A stretch of 64,000 nucleotides of DNA from the NCBI GenBank assembly GCA_963733195.1, contig CAVTCR010000062.1:352001-416000 (forward strand), read 5' to 3'. The stretch's first letter is position 1; each line of letters starts with the position of its first letter. Of the stretch, positions 12,289 through 22,578 are shown piece after piece. The notes under the pieces are model-generated. The model saw only the letters and a program-made list of their open reading frames with translations. It did not search any database and was not told the origin of the DNA. The translations under genes were made by a program, and so were the position numbers. This stretch comes from an uncultured delta proteobacterium. Its GTDB lineage: Bacteria > Desulfobacterota > Binatia > Bin18.

Positions 12289-13347
12289 ATGAAGACACGA
12301 TTTCTGTACAAACAACTGCGCACCTTCGCTGCAGTGAGCTGGCTCCTCTGGGTTCCAATGACCGCCCAGGCAACCGACGTTGCAGTGCTTAGGCTCGGCA
12401 CCCTGATCGACCAAGCCGACGTTATTGTCATTGGGACAGCAAAGGAAGTGAACGAAGACAAAGCCTCAGGCTCGCAGAAGGCAGCTATTACTATTCAAGA
12501 AACCTTGCTCGGCAAAGCGCCTGCGACGCTGACACTTGCCGGGAGTACGACAGACCCGACGCTCCATAACTTTACCGTGGGTGTGCAATTCCTCGGGTTT
12601 CTCAAAGCGACTTCGACGGGATTCACCCCGGTAGGAGATTTACACGGCCTGATAGAGATTCCTGCTGGCCGACTCCCAGCGACTAACGCCATCATAAAAG
12701 AATGGCTAGCGAAAAGAACCGATATTCGCCTTGCCAACCTCCGTGATGACGTGGTCGTGCAAAAGTCCCCTGCTGCATCAGTGCTCATCGGCTCCATGCT
12801 AGAAGAGATGACTGCACGTCTTACTGTCGCGGATGTTCCTTTGGTCACGGAAATGGCGTGCAATCAGAAGCAAGAATTTCCCTCAGCAGTTCAAGTCTGG
12901 GCGATCCACCGTGTTGGTCCGCTAAAAGTTGGCGATGCGCGTTCCTGCGTCGAAGCACTGCTCACGGCGAAGGATAAAAGCGCAGCGAGTCTGGCAGCAG
13001 CAGAGACACTCGGCAACCTAAAAGACCCGCGTAGTCTCCCTGCACTGACCTCTGTACTCACCACACAAGACCAAGCCTCAGAAGACGTCAACGACGATGC
13101 TGACGGTGGGTTAAGCCTCGCGGTGATCCTGGCTATAGGCAAGATCGGTGACTCATCGGCAGTATCAACGTTGTTGAAAATCGCACAAAACGGTGAAGAC
13201 CTCGCCCTTCATTCGACAGTCGTACATGCATTGGGACTGATCGGACCTAAGAGTATTGATGCACTCACCGACATTAGCAAAAACCACCCAAATCAACTCA
13301 TCCGTGCCCAAGCGCAGCGAACATTAGAACGCGTGCAAAAGGCGTAA
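12289..13347 (+). CDS. Secreted HEAT-repeat protein
   Basis: Signal peptide (..VPMTAQA|TD); HEAT_2-like motifs AAETLGNLKDPRSLPAL, ILAIGKIGDSSAVSTL, VHALGLIG. Confidence 0.75.
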   Translation: MKTRFLYKQLRTFAAVSWLLWVPMTAQATDVAVLRLGTLIDQADVIVIGTAKEVNEDKASGSQKAAITIQETLLGKAPATLTLAGSTTDPTLHNFTVGVQFLGFLKATSTGFTPVGDLHGLIEIPAGRLPATNAIIKEWLAKRTDIRLANLRDDVVVQKSPAASVLIGSMLEEMTARLTVADVPLVTEMACNQKQEFPSAVQVWAIHRVGPLKVGDARSCVEALLTAKDKSAASLAAAETLGNLKDPRSLPALTSVLTTQDQASEDVNDDADGGLSLAVILAIGKIGDSSAVSTLLKIAQNGEDLALHSTVVHALGLIGPKSIDALTDISKNHPNQLIRAQAQRTLERVQKA

Positions 13348-13387
13348 CTGACTCTCACCCTATTACTTTTATAAGGAGAACATAATC

Positions 13388-15097
13388 ATGAAACGCTATC
13401 GACTTCTGTTGTTTATTCTCACCAGTTTACTGTACACCGTACCAGCTAGAGCCCATCAGGTAATCTTTCTCGACTTCTCTGGGTTCGATCTCTCTGCCTA
13501 CGCAACTGTAAATGGGAACAGCCCAGCAACCACCGATGATGTGACCGCGGTGCAAGAATTGGTCATCGCTAATATGGTGAAAGACTATGCGCCGTTTGAT
13601 GTTCACTTTACTACCGTGCAACCCGCCAGTGGTCGCTTCACCCGAGTGACGTTCCACGAGGATGATGCGGGACTTTTCGGTTGTGCCGGTCCCGGCTGTT
13701 GTCTCTTTGGCAACTGTACTGGCATTGGCACGTTTACCCAGAACCAAAGCGGTTGTGAGGTGTATGCCGGCAGTTTTGCTGACGATGCCAATTTCTCTGG
13801 CGATAACGCCACCACTGCACGCATTGCTAAAGGGATATCACACACTGCCAGTCATGAACTGGGACACGTATTAGGTCTGCGCCATTGCCATGCGGCTGAC
13901 GATTTTGTCTCGTCCGGTTCTTCCTGCTTCGATGGCTTCCAAAATACCAACGACCAGAACGTGAACTTTCATATCATGGCCAGCGGCGCCTCGTCTGGTC
14001 TAACGATGGAGCAACGCGCCACACGCGATCGTTTCTTTAGCATTCATTCGAGTCGTCGTGTGCTGTATCGCAATTTCCAACCCCGCAATCACTGGAGCCT
14101 TCTCCAAAGCGTGAATACTGGTGATCGTGCTGATCTCACCTATGGCAGTCTCCGGACTCCGGATAAGGTCCGCTGGTTCAATCGTCTCTCCAATGGTGAG
14201 ACTTTTGGCAGCCTGACTACTTTCACAAACGATGCGGGAAAAAGAGCGGACATGTTTCTCGAAGGTGATGTCGATGGTGATAATCGCGCCGACCTCGTGA
14301 TTGGTGAAATCCGTAACGCCACCACCGTGCGCTGGCGGGTACGCCTCTCGACCGGTACGTCCTTCGCAGCCGCAACCGTCTTTACCGAAGACGCCGGGAA
14401 TCCTGGCGACATCTTCCGCCTGGCGGACGTGAATGGGGATGGTCGCAAGGACCTCCTGCGGGGCACACCGCAAGCGGTTACGAATGCCGTAAGTTGGAGG
14501 GCGCATTTCTCAACGGGATTAACTTTCGGGAATAGCACAACCGTCTCTAATAGCGCTGGTTTTGGTAGCGATCTGTTTCTTGTGGGTGATGTCACTGGAG
14601 ATGGATTCGATGACCTCGTTGCCTTCGGTCCGGGACGGGTAGAAGTGCACCGATCGTTTGGCAATTTGCTCGGTGCAGTTGATAACACCGACATCCCAGT
14701 CATCAACACTCCAGATTATCTATTTCTTGGTGATCTGACAGGTGACGGGCAGGCAGATCTCCTGACTGGTATTGTCCTCAGTAACTCACAAGTAGAATGG
14801 CACATTCAGCAGTCGTTGGCTTGCAACGTCATTCCGTTTGCCTCTGTCTGCTTCGCCGACGCGCGTCGGTTCAACAGTGATAGCGGGGCGGCTGGAGATC
14901 TTTTCCGCCTTGGCGACACCAACGGTGATGGCAGAGCTGACCTCTTGTTTGGTCGCGCAGTCGGACAGGACGATCTCGATACTGATCCCAATCTTTCACT
15001 GGTTCGCTGGTTTGGACGTCTCTCGAATGGGCAGAATTTTGACCCGACTACAACCTGGCGGAATGATGCCGGGAATGAAGGCCACCAATTCCCGTAA
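13388..15097 (+). CDS. Secreted metzincin-type zinc metallopeptidase with FG-GAP/VCBS repeats
   Basis: Signal peptide; HELGHVLGLRH zinc motif; Met-turn candidate FHIMAS; repeated GDxxGDxxADL motifs. Confidence 0.8.
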   Translation: MKRYRLLLFILTSLLYTVPARAHQVIFLDFSGFDLSAYATVNGNSPATTDDVTAVQELVIANMVKDYAPFDVHFTTVQPASGRFTRVTFHEDDAGLFGCAGPGCCLFGNCTGIGTFTQNQSGCEVYAGSFADDANFSGDNATTARIAKGISHTASHELGHVLGLRHCHAADDFVSSGSSCFDGFQNTNDQNVNFHIMASGASSGLTMEQRATRDRFFSIHSSRRVLYRNFQPRNHWSLLQSVNTGDRADLTYGSLRTPDKVRWFNRLSNGETFGSLTTFTNDAGKRADMFLEGDVDGDNRADLVIGEIRNATTVRWRVRLSTGTSFAAATVFTEDAGNPGDIFRLADVNGDGRKDLLRGTPQAVTNAVSWRAHFSTGLTFGNSTTVSNSAGFGSDLFLVGDVTGDGFDDLVAFGPGRVEVHRSFGNLLGAVDNTDIPVINTPDYLFLGDLTGDGQADLLTGIVLSNSQVEWHIQQSLACNVIPFASVCFADARRFNSDSGAAGDLFRLGDTNGDGRADLLFGRAVGQDDLDTDPNLSLVRWFGRLSNGQNFDPTTTWRNDAGNEGHQFP

Positions 15098-15106
15098 CCC
15101 AGCGAC

Positions 15107-15128
15107 TTCCCCTCGTTAGAGGGGCAGA
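15107..15128 (+). terminator. Stem-loop after the peptidase gene
   Basis: cccctc-gtta-gagggg just after the stop; no clear U-tract. Confidence 0.35.
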
Positions 15129-15239
15129 AGTTGAGGACATTACACACGCAGCCGGGAACAACTCCGGTTGCGTGCTCGCCACGGATAGGCACCCTATCCG
15201 TGGCTTCACTTTTGGCGATAGTCGCTGTGGTGTTTCTCT

Positions 15240-15505
15240 TCACTAGAGACACTGTTGCGTTGATGCACTGCGGTAGATCGAGGACATCAGGTCCGAGCCG
15301 ACGCTCGCGGGCAAGAATCATTGCCCGTTCCAACACATTCGCCAGTTCCCGCAGGTTGCCTGGCCAGTGATAAGCCGAGAGTTTCGCGAGCCCTTCACGC
15401 GAGAGCGTATAGCCGTGCCGCCCCATACGCCGTTAAAAGGACAGTACAAATGAGGGCAGGTCTTCCATCCGCTCTCGTAGTGGGGGCAATTGCAACTATG
15501 CGAAC
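15240..15505 (-). pseudogene. Fragment of a sigma-54 (NtrC-family) activator, C-terminal AAA lid only
   Basis: LQLPPLRERMEDLP..(in-frame stop)..LSAYHWPGNLRELANVLERAMIL; no Walker A or GAFTGA region upstream. Confidence 0.7.
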
Positions 15506-15527
15506 ACAACCATAGGGTGAGATTCTG

Positions 15528-15872
15528 ATGACAGCGCGCGACAAAAAAAACGATGCTCCCACCGATCCAACGTTTGCCCCCCTCGACGACGAAAACCCTT
15601 TTCCTGACCCAGTCGAACTCCCTCTCGAAGACGTGCTCGACTTACATCCGTTTCTTCCTAAGGAGATTCGCAGCGTAGTCGAAGAATATCTCACGCAATG
15701 TTGTGAAGCTGGTTTTCCTGTTGTTCGATTGATTCATGGCAAAGGCAAAGGCGTCCAACGCGAGAGTATTCGTGCATTGCTGACGCGGCTGCCCTTCGTA
15801 CAGTCGTTTCAGGATGCTCCACCCGAGGCCGGTGGCTGGGGGGCAACGATTGTGTATCTTCAATCCAAATGA
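15528..15872 (+). CDS. Smr/MutS2 C-terminal domain protein
   Basis: DVLDLHPF, VRLIHGKGKGVQR, GGWGATIVYL. Confidence 0.9.
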   Translation: MTARDKKNDAPTDPTFAPLDDENPFPDPVELPLEDVLDLHPFLPKEIRSVVEEYLTQCCEAGFPVVRLIHGKGKGVQRESIRALLTRLPFVQSFQDAPPEAGGWGATIVYLQSK

Positions 15873-15884
15873 GGGGTGATCATG

Positions 15885-15972
15885 AAGAGCACTGCGAAGC
15901 AATCTCGTTTCGCTGGAGATTGCTTCGTCGTGGAGTTTATCCTGAGCGTGTCGAAGGGCTCCTCGCAATGAT
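15885..15972. repeat. Palindromic REP/MITE-like element, copy 1
   Basis: gcgaagcaatctc..gagattgcttcg + gagtttatcctgagcgtgtcgaaggg + cgcaatga; near-identical at 49020-49075. Confidence 0.7.
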
Positions 15973-16104
15973 TGTTACTTCCTAACCTAACGTCATTGCC
16001 CTATGGCCTGAAGCCTCCAGCCTAAAGCCTATCCGCCTTTCCCTTGCGTTTCCCCGGTGCAAAGGAGTAAATAGGAAGGGTCATCCTAAAAAGGAGGGGT
16101 TTCT

Positions 16105-16845
16105 ATGCAAACTACAGACACTTTCGTACAAGATTTACGTGTCTACATTAAGAAGGAGGATGAAAAGCCGCTCCTGGGGCCGAGTTTTTACAAGGCGGTT
16201 CTCGACGGCACCCTCTCCCGTGAACAACTGAAAAAATGGGCACTGAACCTTTTCTATGTCACTGGCCAACATATTCGCGCGTTTGGTGGGATCTTCATGA
16301 ATACAGGGCTCAGTCCTATGGACCAGAAGATTCGCCGTCATATAGTGGAGAATCTTATTGATGAAGAAACCATCATGGGTCGCGGTGATGATGCACACTG
16401 GATGCTGTCAATGCGTTTAGCGAAAGCTCTCGGCGCAACCGACGAAGAAGTGTTACATCCGACCGTCTCCAAAGAAGCCGTTGAGTACGTCAACTGGGTC
16501 ATTGAATTAGGGCGTAAGGAGTATGGCTTGGTGACTCTCGCTGCGATGTCAATCGGCGGAGAAACTCGTAGTGATAGTTCAATGAAAGGTTTTGTCAAAG
16601 CCTTAAAGGAAAAATACAACCTCAGTCGCGCCGACCTGGAGTTCTTCTACGCCCACATGGGCGAGGCCGAAGCCCATGGCGAGCCGGTATTCGAGATGGT
16701 GAAAGAATACGCGACCACGCCAGAGCGGCAACAAAAGATTCGTAACAGCATCACCACGTGGTGTGAGAAGTTTTCTGCTGCCCAAGAAGGCGGATACCGG
16801 ACGGCGATGGGAGTTGATCCCGGCGTTCAGGTACATTTGGCCTAA
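16105..16845 (+). CDS. Heme-oxygenase-like diiron/iron-containing redox enzyme (PqqC/CADD/TenA fold)
   Basis: GTLSREQLKKWA, ENLIDEE..AH, EFFYAHMGEAEAH. Confidence 0.75.
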   Translation: MQTTDTFVQDLRVYIKKEDEKPLLGPSFYKAVLDGTLSREQLKKWALNLFYVTGQHIRAFGGIFMNTGLSPMDQKIRRHIVENLIDEETIMGRGDDAHWMLSMRLAKALGATDEEVLHPTVSKEAVEYVNWVIELGRKEYGLVTLAAMSIGGETRSDSSMKGFVKALKEKYNLSRADLEFFYAHMGEAEAHGEPVFEMVKEYATTPERQQKIRNSITTWCEKFSAAQEGGYRTAMGVDPGVQVHLA

Positions 16846-16970
16846 AGACAAAGAGGAAAAGGGGGAACTGGTAAGAAAAGACAGAGAAGCGAGACAGAAA
16901 AAGAAATAGAGAAGTGAAATACAGAGATAAGAAGTAAGGAGCCCACAACTGAAATATAGGAGGGGTAACC

Positions 16971-18662
16971 ATGTACGATCTCATTATCGAGAATGCTCAA
17001 ATTTGTGACGGCACAGGCAAGCCAAGTTTTCATGGCAATGTTGCCGTCAAGGATGGAATGATTGCCGCAGTTGGCAAAGGCAATGGCGAAACAGCAGCCA
17101 AGAAAATCAATGCCGACGGCTTGGTGCTCGCGCCAGGCTTCATTGATCCGCATACGCATTATGACGCCCAGGTCGCGTGGGATCCATTGGTGACTTGTTC
17201 ATCGTGGCACGGCATTACCACCGTCGTCATGGGCAACTGCGGCGTGGGAGTAGCTCCGGTACGACCTAAGGCCCGTGATATTGTCATGTGGGATCTTGTG
17301 AACGTCGAAGCGATCCCTTTTGATGTCATGGAACGTGGGATCGACTGGAAATGGGAAAGTCACGCCGAGTATCTCGACGCATTGCAGAAACGCGGGATGG
17401 GTATCAATGTCGCCTCGTTGGCAGCACTCACACCGCTTCGTCATTATGTGATAGGCGAGGAGTCCTTTGAGCGCGCCGCCAACGAGAAAGAAATCGCAGA
17501 TATGCAGCGTTTGTTCCGCGATGCGATCCGTGCTGGGGCGTTCGGTCTCACCTCAACCATCTTGAATAATCACATTGGCTACGAAGGTCGTCCGCTTGCG
17601 TGTCGTCAGGCAAGCCGAGCCGAACTTTCTGCTCTTTGCCAAGTGTTGCGAGAGGAGCGGCGCGGAACGATTGAGATCGCATTGACAGGAACCAATATCG
17701 GGCAAGTGTCAGATGATGAGTACAACCTGTTAGAATTTTTAGTGAATGAAAGCCAACGGCCAGTAACGTTCCTGGCATTGTTCAATAAGCCTGGGAAACC
17801 AGAGTCCTATCTCAACGCGGTCGAGAAAGTGAAACCGATTCTGGCCTGGAACAAAGCAGTTCCGCAGGTCACCTGCCGTCCGCTGCGCATTCAATTCAAC
17901 ATGCGCAACCCATTCATTTTTGCCATCTTCTCAGTCTGGCATCCGGTGTTCAACAAGAGCGTCGAAGAGCAAATGAAGCTCTACGCCGACCCTGGCTTCC
18001 GACAGGCATTCCGCGAAGAAATGGATCAACGACGTATCTTTGCCGGACAGTGGGGCCGAATGACGGTTATTGATGCAAAGAGCCCAGAAGTCCAGAAGCA
18101 TGTGGAGAGTAAAAAGACTGTCGCGCAGATTGCCCGCGATCAAGGTAAAGATCCGATCGATACGTTTCTAGACCTCGCTATTGCCGACAAGCTCGAGCTG
18201 CTCTTTGATCTGCAAGCGTTTAACTTTGAACCTGAGGGTGTGAAGAATCTCGTCAGTGATCCGCGTTTCCTCATCGGCCTGTCCGACGGCGGAGCACATG
18301 TGGATATGTTATGTGATGCCGGATACGCCACCTATCTATTAGGACGTTGGGTACGGGAACATCAAGTCTTGTCACTAGAAGAAGGCGTGCGCCGTCTCAC
18401 TTCGGTTCCTGCGGATCTCTTCGGCATTCCGAAGCGTGGTCGAATCGCTCCGGGGCTGGTCGCTGATCTCACGCTTTTTGATCTCGCGACGGTCGATGCC
18501 AAAGACCCAGAATATGTCTGGGATTTGCCGGGTGGCGGCAAACGTTTCGTTGCCAAATCCAAAGGCATTAAGACAACGATTGTCTCAGGTCAGGTACTCT
18601 ACCAAGATGACGAGTATCAGGGTGGGTTACCGGGCAAGGTGTTACGCAGTTACGACGCGTAA
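16971..18662 (+). CDS. Amidohydrolase, N-acyl-D-amino-acid deacylase family
   Basis: APGFIDPHTHYDAQ, GITTVVMGNCG, LSDGGAH, RGRIAPGLVADL. Confidence 0.9.
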   Translation: MYDLIIENAQICDGTGKPSFHGNVAVKDGMIAAVGKGNGETAAKKINADGLVLAPGFIDPHTHYDAQVAWDPLVTCSSWHGITTVVMGNCGVGVAPVRPKARDIVMWDLVNVEAIPFDVMERGIDWKWESHAEYLDALQKRGMGINVASLAALTPLRHYVIGEESFERAANEKEIADMQRLFRDAIRAGAFGLTSTILNNHIGYEGRPLACRQASRAELSALCQVLREERRGTIEIALTGTNIGQVSDDEYNLLEFLVNESQRPVTFLALFNKPGKPESYLNAVEKVKPILAWNKAVPQVTCRPLRIQFNMRNPFIFAIFSVWHPVFNKSVEEQMKLYADPGFRQAFREEMDQRRIFAGQWGRMTVIDAKSPEVQKHVESKKTVAQIARDQGKDPIDTFLDLAIADKLELLFDLQAFNFEPEGVKNLVSDPRFLIGLSDGGAHVDMLCDAGYATYLLGRWVREHQVLSLEEGVRRLTSVPADLFGIPKRGRIAPGLVADLTLFDLATVDAKDPEYVWDLPGGGKRFVAKSKGIKTTIVSGQVLYQDDEYQGGLPGKVLRSYDA

Positions 18663-18777
18663 AGGAAACCCATTCGGCACAAAGGTCACGTAACACGCTA
18701 CACGCTACACGAAACTCGTGCGGCTGTGACGTGTTACGTAATGCGTGATTCTTGAAACGACTTGCCGTTCGCGGTTG

Positions 18778-19092
18778 CTAGCATTCCTCACCAACAATAA
18801 TATTCTCCCGCGTAAACATGATAGCGATCTGGCTGGAATGGCTGGTCGCACTCTGACGCGCGGTTTGACCTTCCGATAACGCAAACACCTTTTCAAGATC
18901 CTCTTTGGTCTCGAACCATACCTCGGCCATGCCATCAAACGGCTGATCCGGTGTCGTTGTTAAATTAATCGCGTATCGCTTGAGTCCAGGAAAGCGTTTC
19001 ACATAGACAGAATGCTCAATCAACCACCAACGATGGAAATCCTCCAGACTCATCCCCTCGGGCCGTTTTAACAAACCGATGAGTTTATACAC
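18778..19092 (-). CDS. EthD-family (dimeric alpha-beta barrel) protein
   Basis: KLIGLLKRPEGMSLEDFHRWW..H, FDGMAEVWFET. Confidence 0.85.
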   Translation of the reverse strand: MYKLIGLLKRPEGMSLEDFHRWWLIEHSVYVKRFPGLKRYAINLTTTPDQPFDGMAEVWFETKEDLEKVFALSEGQTARQSATSHSSQIAIMFTRENIIVGEEC

Positions 19093-19139
19093 CGTCCCCC
19101 CTTGTGGAACTCAGCAGCGTCCCCGTACCCTGCTCACGT

Positions 19140-20135
19140 TTACATGCTCGACGCTTTATCAAGCACTGGATACATCTCGACGCGGTCTCTCCCATTACGC
19201 TTTGCGGCGTACAGCGCCTGATCCGCCTGTTCGAGGATCTCCTCTAACGTCTGCGTCCGGTCGTGGTTCATACTTGAGGCACCAAAACTCACGGTCACGT
19301 GCATGATCCTTGAGGGCTGATTGAATACCAAACTGCGGACCGCAGCACATAGCCGATCAGCCACTTTGTAAGCCTCGACTAATTCCGTCTCTGGCAATAA
19401 GATCGCGAATTCTTCTCCACCATATCGAGCACAGAGATCACTGGTACGGCAATGCCGAAGCAAGGTTTGTCCAATATCCTTGAGCACTATATCACCAAAG
19501 GCGTGGCCATAGGTATCATTGATCGACTTAAAGTGATCGAGATCTGCCAACAGAATCGAGAGGGGATGATGGTACCGTTGGGCACGGAGGCATTCTTCTT
19601 TCGCCCGTTCTTCAAATCGCCGACGATTCGCTAGTCCAGTGAGAGCATCTTCCCGAGCAAGATGCTCTAGTTGCGACTGTTGTTCCTGGAGGGTCTTTTG
19701 GTAGCGAACGATACGCTCTCCGACTTTGATACGTGCCTGTAGCTCCGTCAGACTGAATGGTTTCGTGAGATAGTCCGCTGCGCCGAGTTCTAGTCCTTTG
19801 ACTTTATCTTCAAGAGTGTCTCGCGCAGAGGTAATAATAATGTGGAGATCACGCAGAGAGGAATCACTCTGCACCGCTCGACAGAACTCAAACCCATCCA
19901 TCTCAGGCATCATGAGATCAAGCAAGACAATATCTGCCATCTGCTCGCGTAACCGGGCAATTGCCTCTTTGCCCGTTGCAGCCATAACAATAGCGTACCC
20001 CATGCCCCGCACCATGAGTGCTACCATTTCACGGATCTCTCTATCATCTTCAACGATAAGAACTCGAAGTTGGCGGCTTGTGGCTGGATCGTTGGTTGGC
20101 ATGGTGTCTTTGTTAGTCCGCGACTGTTTGGCCAT
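19140..20135 (-). CDS. Response regulator diguanylate cyclase (REC-GGDEF)
   Basis: LIVEDD, LLDLMMP, DALTGLANRR, DLDHFKSINDTYGH, RxxD I-site (RTSD) and YGGEEF. Confidence 0.92.
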   Translation of the reverse strand: MAKQSRTNKDTMPTNDPATSRQLRVLIVEDDREIREMVALMVRGMGYAIVMAATGKEAIARLREQMADIVLLDLMMPEMDGFEFCRAVQSDSSLRDLHIIITSARDTLEDKVKGLELGAADYLTKPFSLTELQARIKVGERIVRYQKTLQEQQSQLEHLAREDALTGLANRRRFEERAKEECLRAQRYHHPLSILLADLDHFKSINDTYGHAFGDIVLKDIGQTLLRHCRTSDLCARYGGEEFAILLPETELVEAYKVADRLCAAVRSLVFNQPSRIMHVTVSFGASSMNHDRTQTLEEILEQADQALYAAKRNGRDRVEMYPVLDKASSM

Positions 20136-20246
20136 ATTTCCTCTTCATCCTTCAGAAGTCAAGAGAAACATACAGCAAAACAGTACGTACTGGTTACAAG
20201 CGTTGAGGATCTCCATTCCGTGTATCATACGTTTCTATTATCTTCA

Positions 20247-22364
20247 TTACGCCCGCTGTCGATTGCGCTCTAGAGAAAAGTTCGTTACAGCACTCGCCTT
20301 TTTTCCCCAAGGCGATTCGTGTAACCAGTGGGCTAGATCCGTTGGAGGGATGGGACGACTCAGCAAATACCCCTGCACGATGTCACATCCTAAGGCCGCA
20401 AGTGCGTCCCATGTCGCTTGATCTTCAACACCTTCGGCAACAATCTTTAGACCTAAGTTGTGCCCCAGTTCAATGGTTGCACGAACAATAGCCGCGTCAT
20501 TCTCGTCTGTCGTTAACCCTTGAACAAACGACTTGTCGATCTTCAGCGTATTAAGTGGCAATCGTCGGAGTAGGGCAAGAGATGAATAGCCTGTACCAAA
20601 GTCGTCAATAGCGATACTGACTCCCATCGTCCGTAGTTCTGAAAGAGTTTTCAGCGTACTCTCCATGTCCGCAGCAATCGCGGTCTCGGTAATTTCGACT
20701 TCGAGGCTGGTTGGGGATACGCTCCAAGACTCAAGCAACCCGGCGATGATACGTGGGATCTGCGCATCTTGGAGATCACGCATCGAAAGGTTCACTGCCA
20801 CGTGTAGCTCAACCCCGTTCTGCTGCCATATACGGCACTGACGAATCCCTTCATTCAAAGCCCACCGGCTAATAGAACGAATGAGGCCAGTTTGCTCAGC
20901 CACGGGAATAAACCGGTCTGGAGGAATGAGGCCTTGCTGAGGATGGCGCCAACGAATCAGCGCCTCAACTTGAGAGACAATCCGAGAGGCGATGTCTGCT
21001 TTTGGTTGGTAATAGAGTAAAAGTTGTTCTTGTTCGACTGCCTGACGGAGGTCACTAATCAACACGAGGCGATTCGGATTATAGCGATCCTCCTGCTCCT
21101 GCGTGTAGAAAGCATAACCGCTGCCTGCTTCTTTGGCGAGGTGCATCGTCATATCCGCACGCCGCATGAGTGTTTCTCCGTCCGCCCCGTGATCAGGGTA
21201 AAACACTACACCGATGCTTGCGCCGACGGTCACTTTGTGCCCCTCAACGAGAAACGGAGCTTCCAGTACTTGCAGCATTCGTCGTGCTAAGCGCGTTGCA
21301 CCGGCCGTGTCACTCACTGAGGGAAGCAGAACAACGAATTCGTCGCCATTGAGACGCGCCAGGGTGTCAGATTTTCGTAATGCGCCTTGAAAGCGCGGCG
21401 CGACTTGCTGCAAGATAACATCCCCCCAGCGATACCCGAACGTATCATTGATCTCCCGAAAACGATCTAAATCCATGTACAACAAGGTGAGCCGTCGACC
21501 TTTTTCCTGCGCAATACGGAGTGTTTCTGTAAACGCCTCGTTAAACAAGGCACGATTCGGTAGTCCGGTCAGTGCGTCATGGAGAGATTGATGTTTGAGT
21601 GCTGCGCTTTGTGCTTCGTGTTCGGTAACATCGCGGGCATTGACGATCGCCCGTAAGGGCTGTCCTTCTTCAGGAAGCGTAATACTACTCGCTTCTAATA
21701 CATGCCATTCTTCAGTTGCTGATCGGAGGCGAAACTTGATCGTGCTGCTGGTCCCTAGCTGTGCAAACGTCTGAGCTAGCGTATCTCGAACCGCATCAGC
21801 ATCTTCCTCGTGGACATAGGAAAAGATACTCTCACCTGACAGCATGTCGGATTGATAACCCAGCATCCGTTCACTCGAACGGCTGGTGTACTGGATGACC
21901 CCGTCAGTATTCAAAACGATAATGAGATCCAACGAGTTCTCAAGGAGAGCACGAAAGTGGTCGGTATCTTTCCGCCACACGTGGCGGTCACGCGCATCAC
22001 GGAGTTCGCGTTCGATGGCTGGAATGAGTCGTGTGAGATTATCCTTCATGAGATAGTCACGAGCACCGGCTTTCATCGCCGCCGCAGCTGTCTCTTCACT
22101 AATATGCCCCGACACGACGAAGAAGGGCAGATCCAGTTGACGTTCTTGCAACAATTGTAATGCATCCAGTGCGCTAAATTGGGGAAGGACGTAGTCTGAG
22201 ATCACCAGATCCCACACCTTGTCTTCTAGCGCAGCCGACATCATCGCCGCCGTTTCCACTTGTTCCCACGTCGGCTCGTATCCCCCATTACGAAGGGTGC
22301 GCATGAGCAAGATCGCATCGTCTGCCGAGTCTTCAACTACCAAGACACGCAACGGCGTGCGCAT
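20247..22364 (-). CDS. REC-PAS-GGDEF-EAL protein (likely phosphodiesterase)
   Basis: LVVEDS, PAS region, HDALTGLPNR, variant NGDEF motif, VEALIRW, IDDFGTGYSSL, AEGVE. Confidence 0.92.
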   Translation of the reverse strand: MRTPLRVLVVEDSADDAILLMRTLRNGGYEPTWEQVETAAMMSAALEDKVWDLVISDYVLPQFSALDALQLLQERQLDLPFFVVSGHISEETAAAAMKAGARDYLMKDNLTRLIPAIERELRDARDRHVWRKDTDHFRALLENSLDLIIVLNTDGVIQYTSRSSERMLGYQSDMLSGESIFSYVHEEDADAVRDTLAQTFAQLGTSSTIKFRLRSATEEWHVLEASSITLPEEGQPLRAIVNARDVTEHEAQSAALKHQSLHDALTGLPNRALFNEAFTETLRIAQEKGRRLTLLYMDLDRFREINDTFGYRWGDVILQQVAPRFQGALRKSDTLARLNGDEFVVLLPSVSDTAGATRLARRMLQVLEAPFLVEGHKVTVGASIGVVFYPDHGADGETLMRRADMTMHLAKEAGSGYAFYTQEQEDRYNPNRLVLISDLRQAVEQEQLLLYYQPKADIASRIVSQVEALIRWRHPQQGLIPPDRFIPVAEQTGLIRSISRWALNEGIRQCRIWQQNGVELHVAVNLSMRDLQDAQIPRIIAGLLESWSVSPTSLEVEITETAIAADMESTLKTLSELRTMGVSIAIDDFGTGYSSLALLRRLPLNTLKIDKSFVQGLTTDENDAAIVRATIELGHNLGLKIVAEGVEDQATWDALAALGCDIVQGYLLSRPIPPTDLAHWLHESPWGKKASAVTNFSLERNRQRA

Positions 22365-22578
22365 TTCTCTTCTCTCTTTCTACAGCAGGGCAACGAACTG
22401 AAAATTTTCTTGTAGTGCCCCACCGGTACCCGGGAATTGGCGATTTCCGGTTCCGCTTCAATCGAGGACATCGGCTGCTAACTGAAAAGATTTAAAGGGC
22501 AGAAAAGTGCTTCTCTCGTTGCCTTCCCAACAGATTTGGGTTAGGGATAACGGCGCTGTTCACCATGGGAGGCACTAT

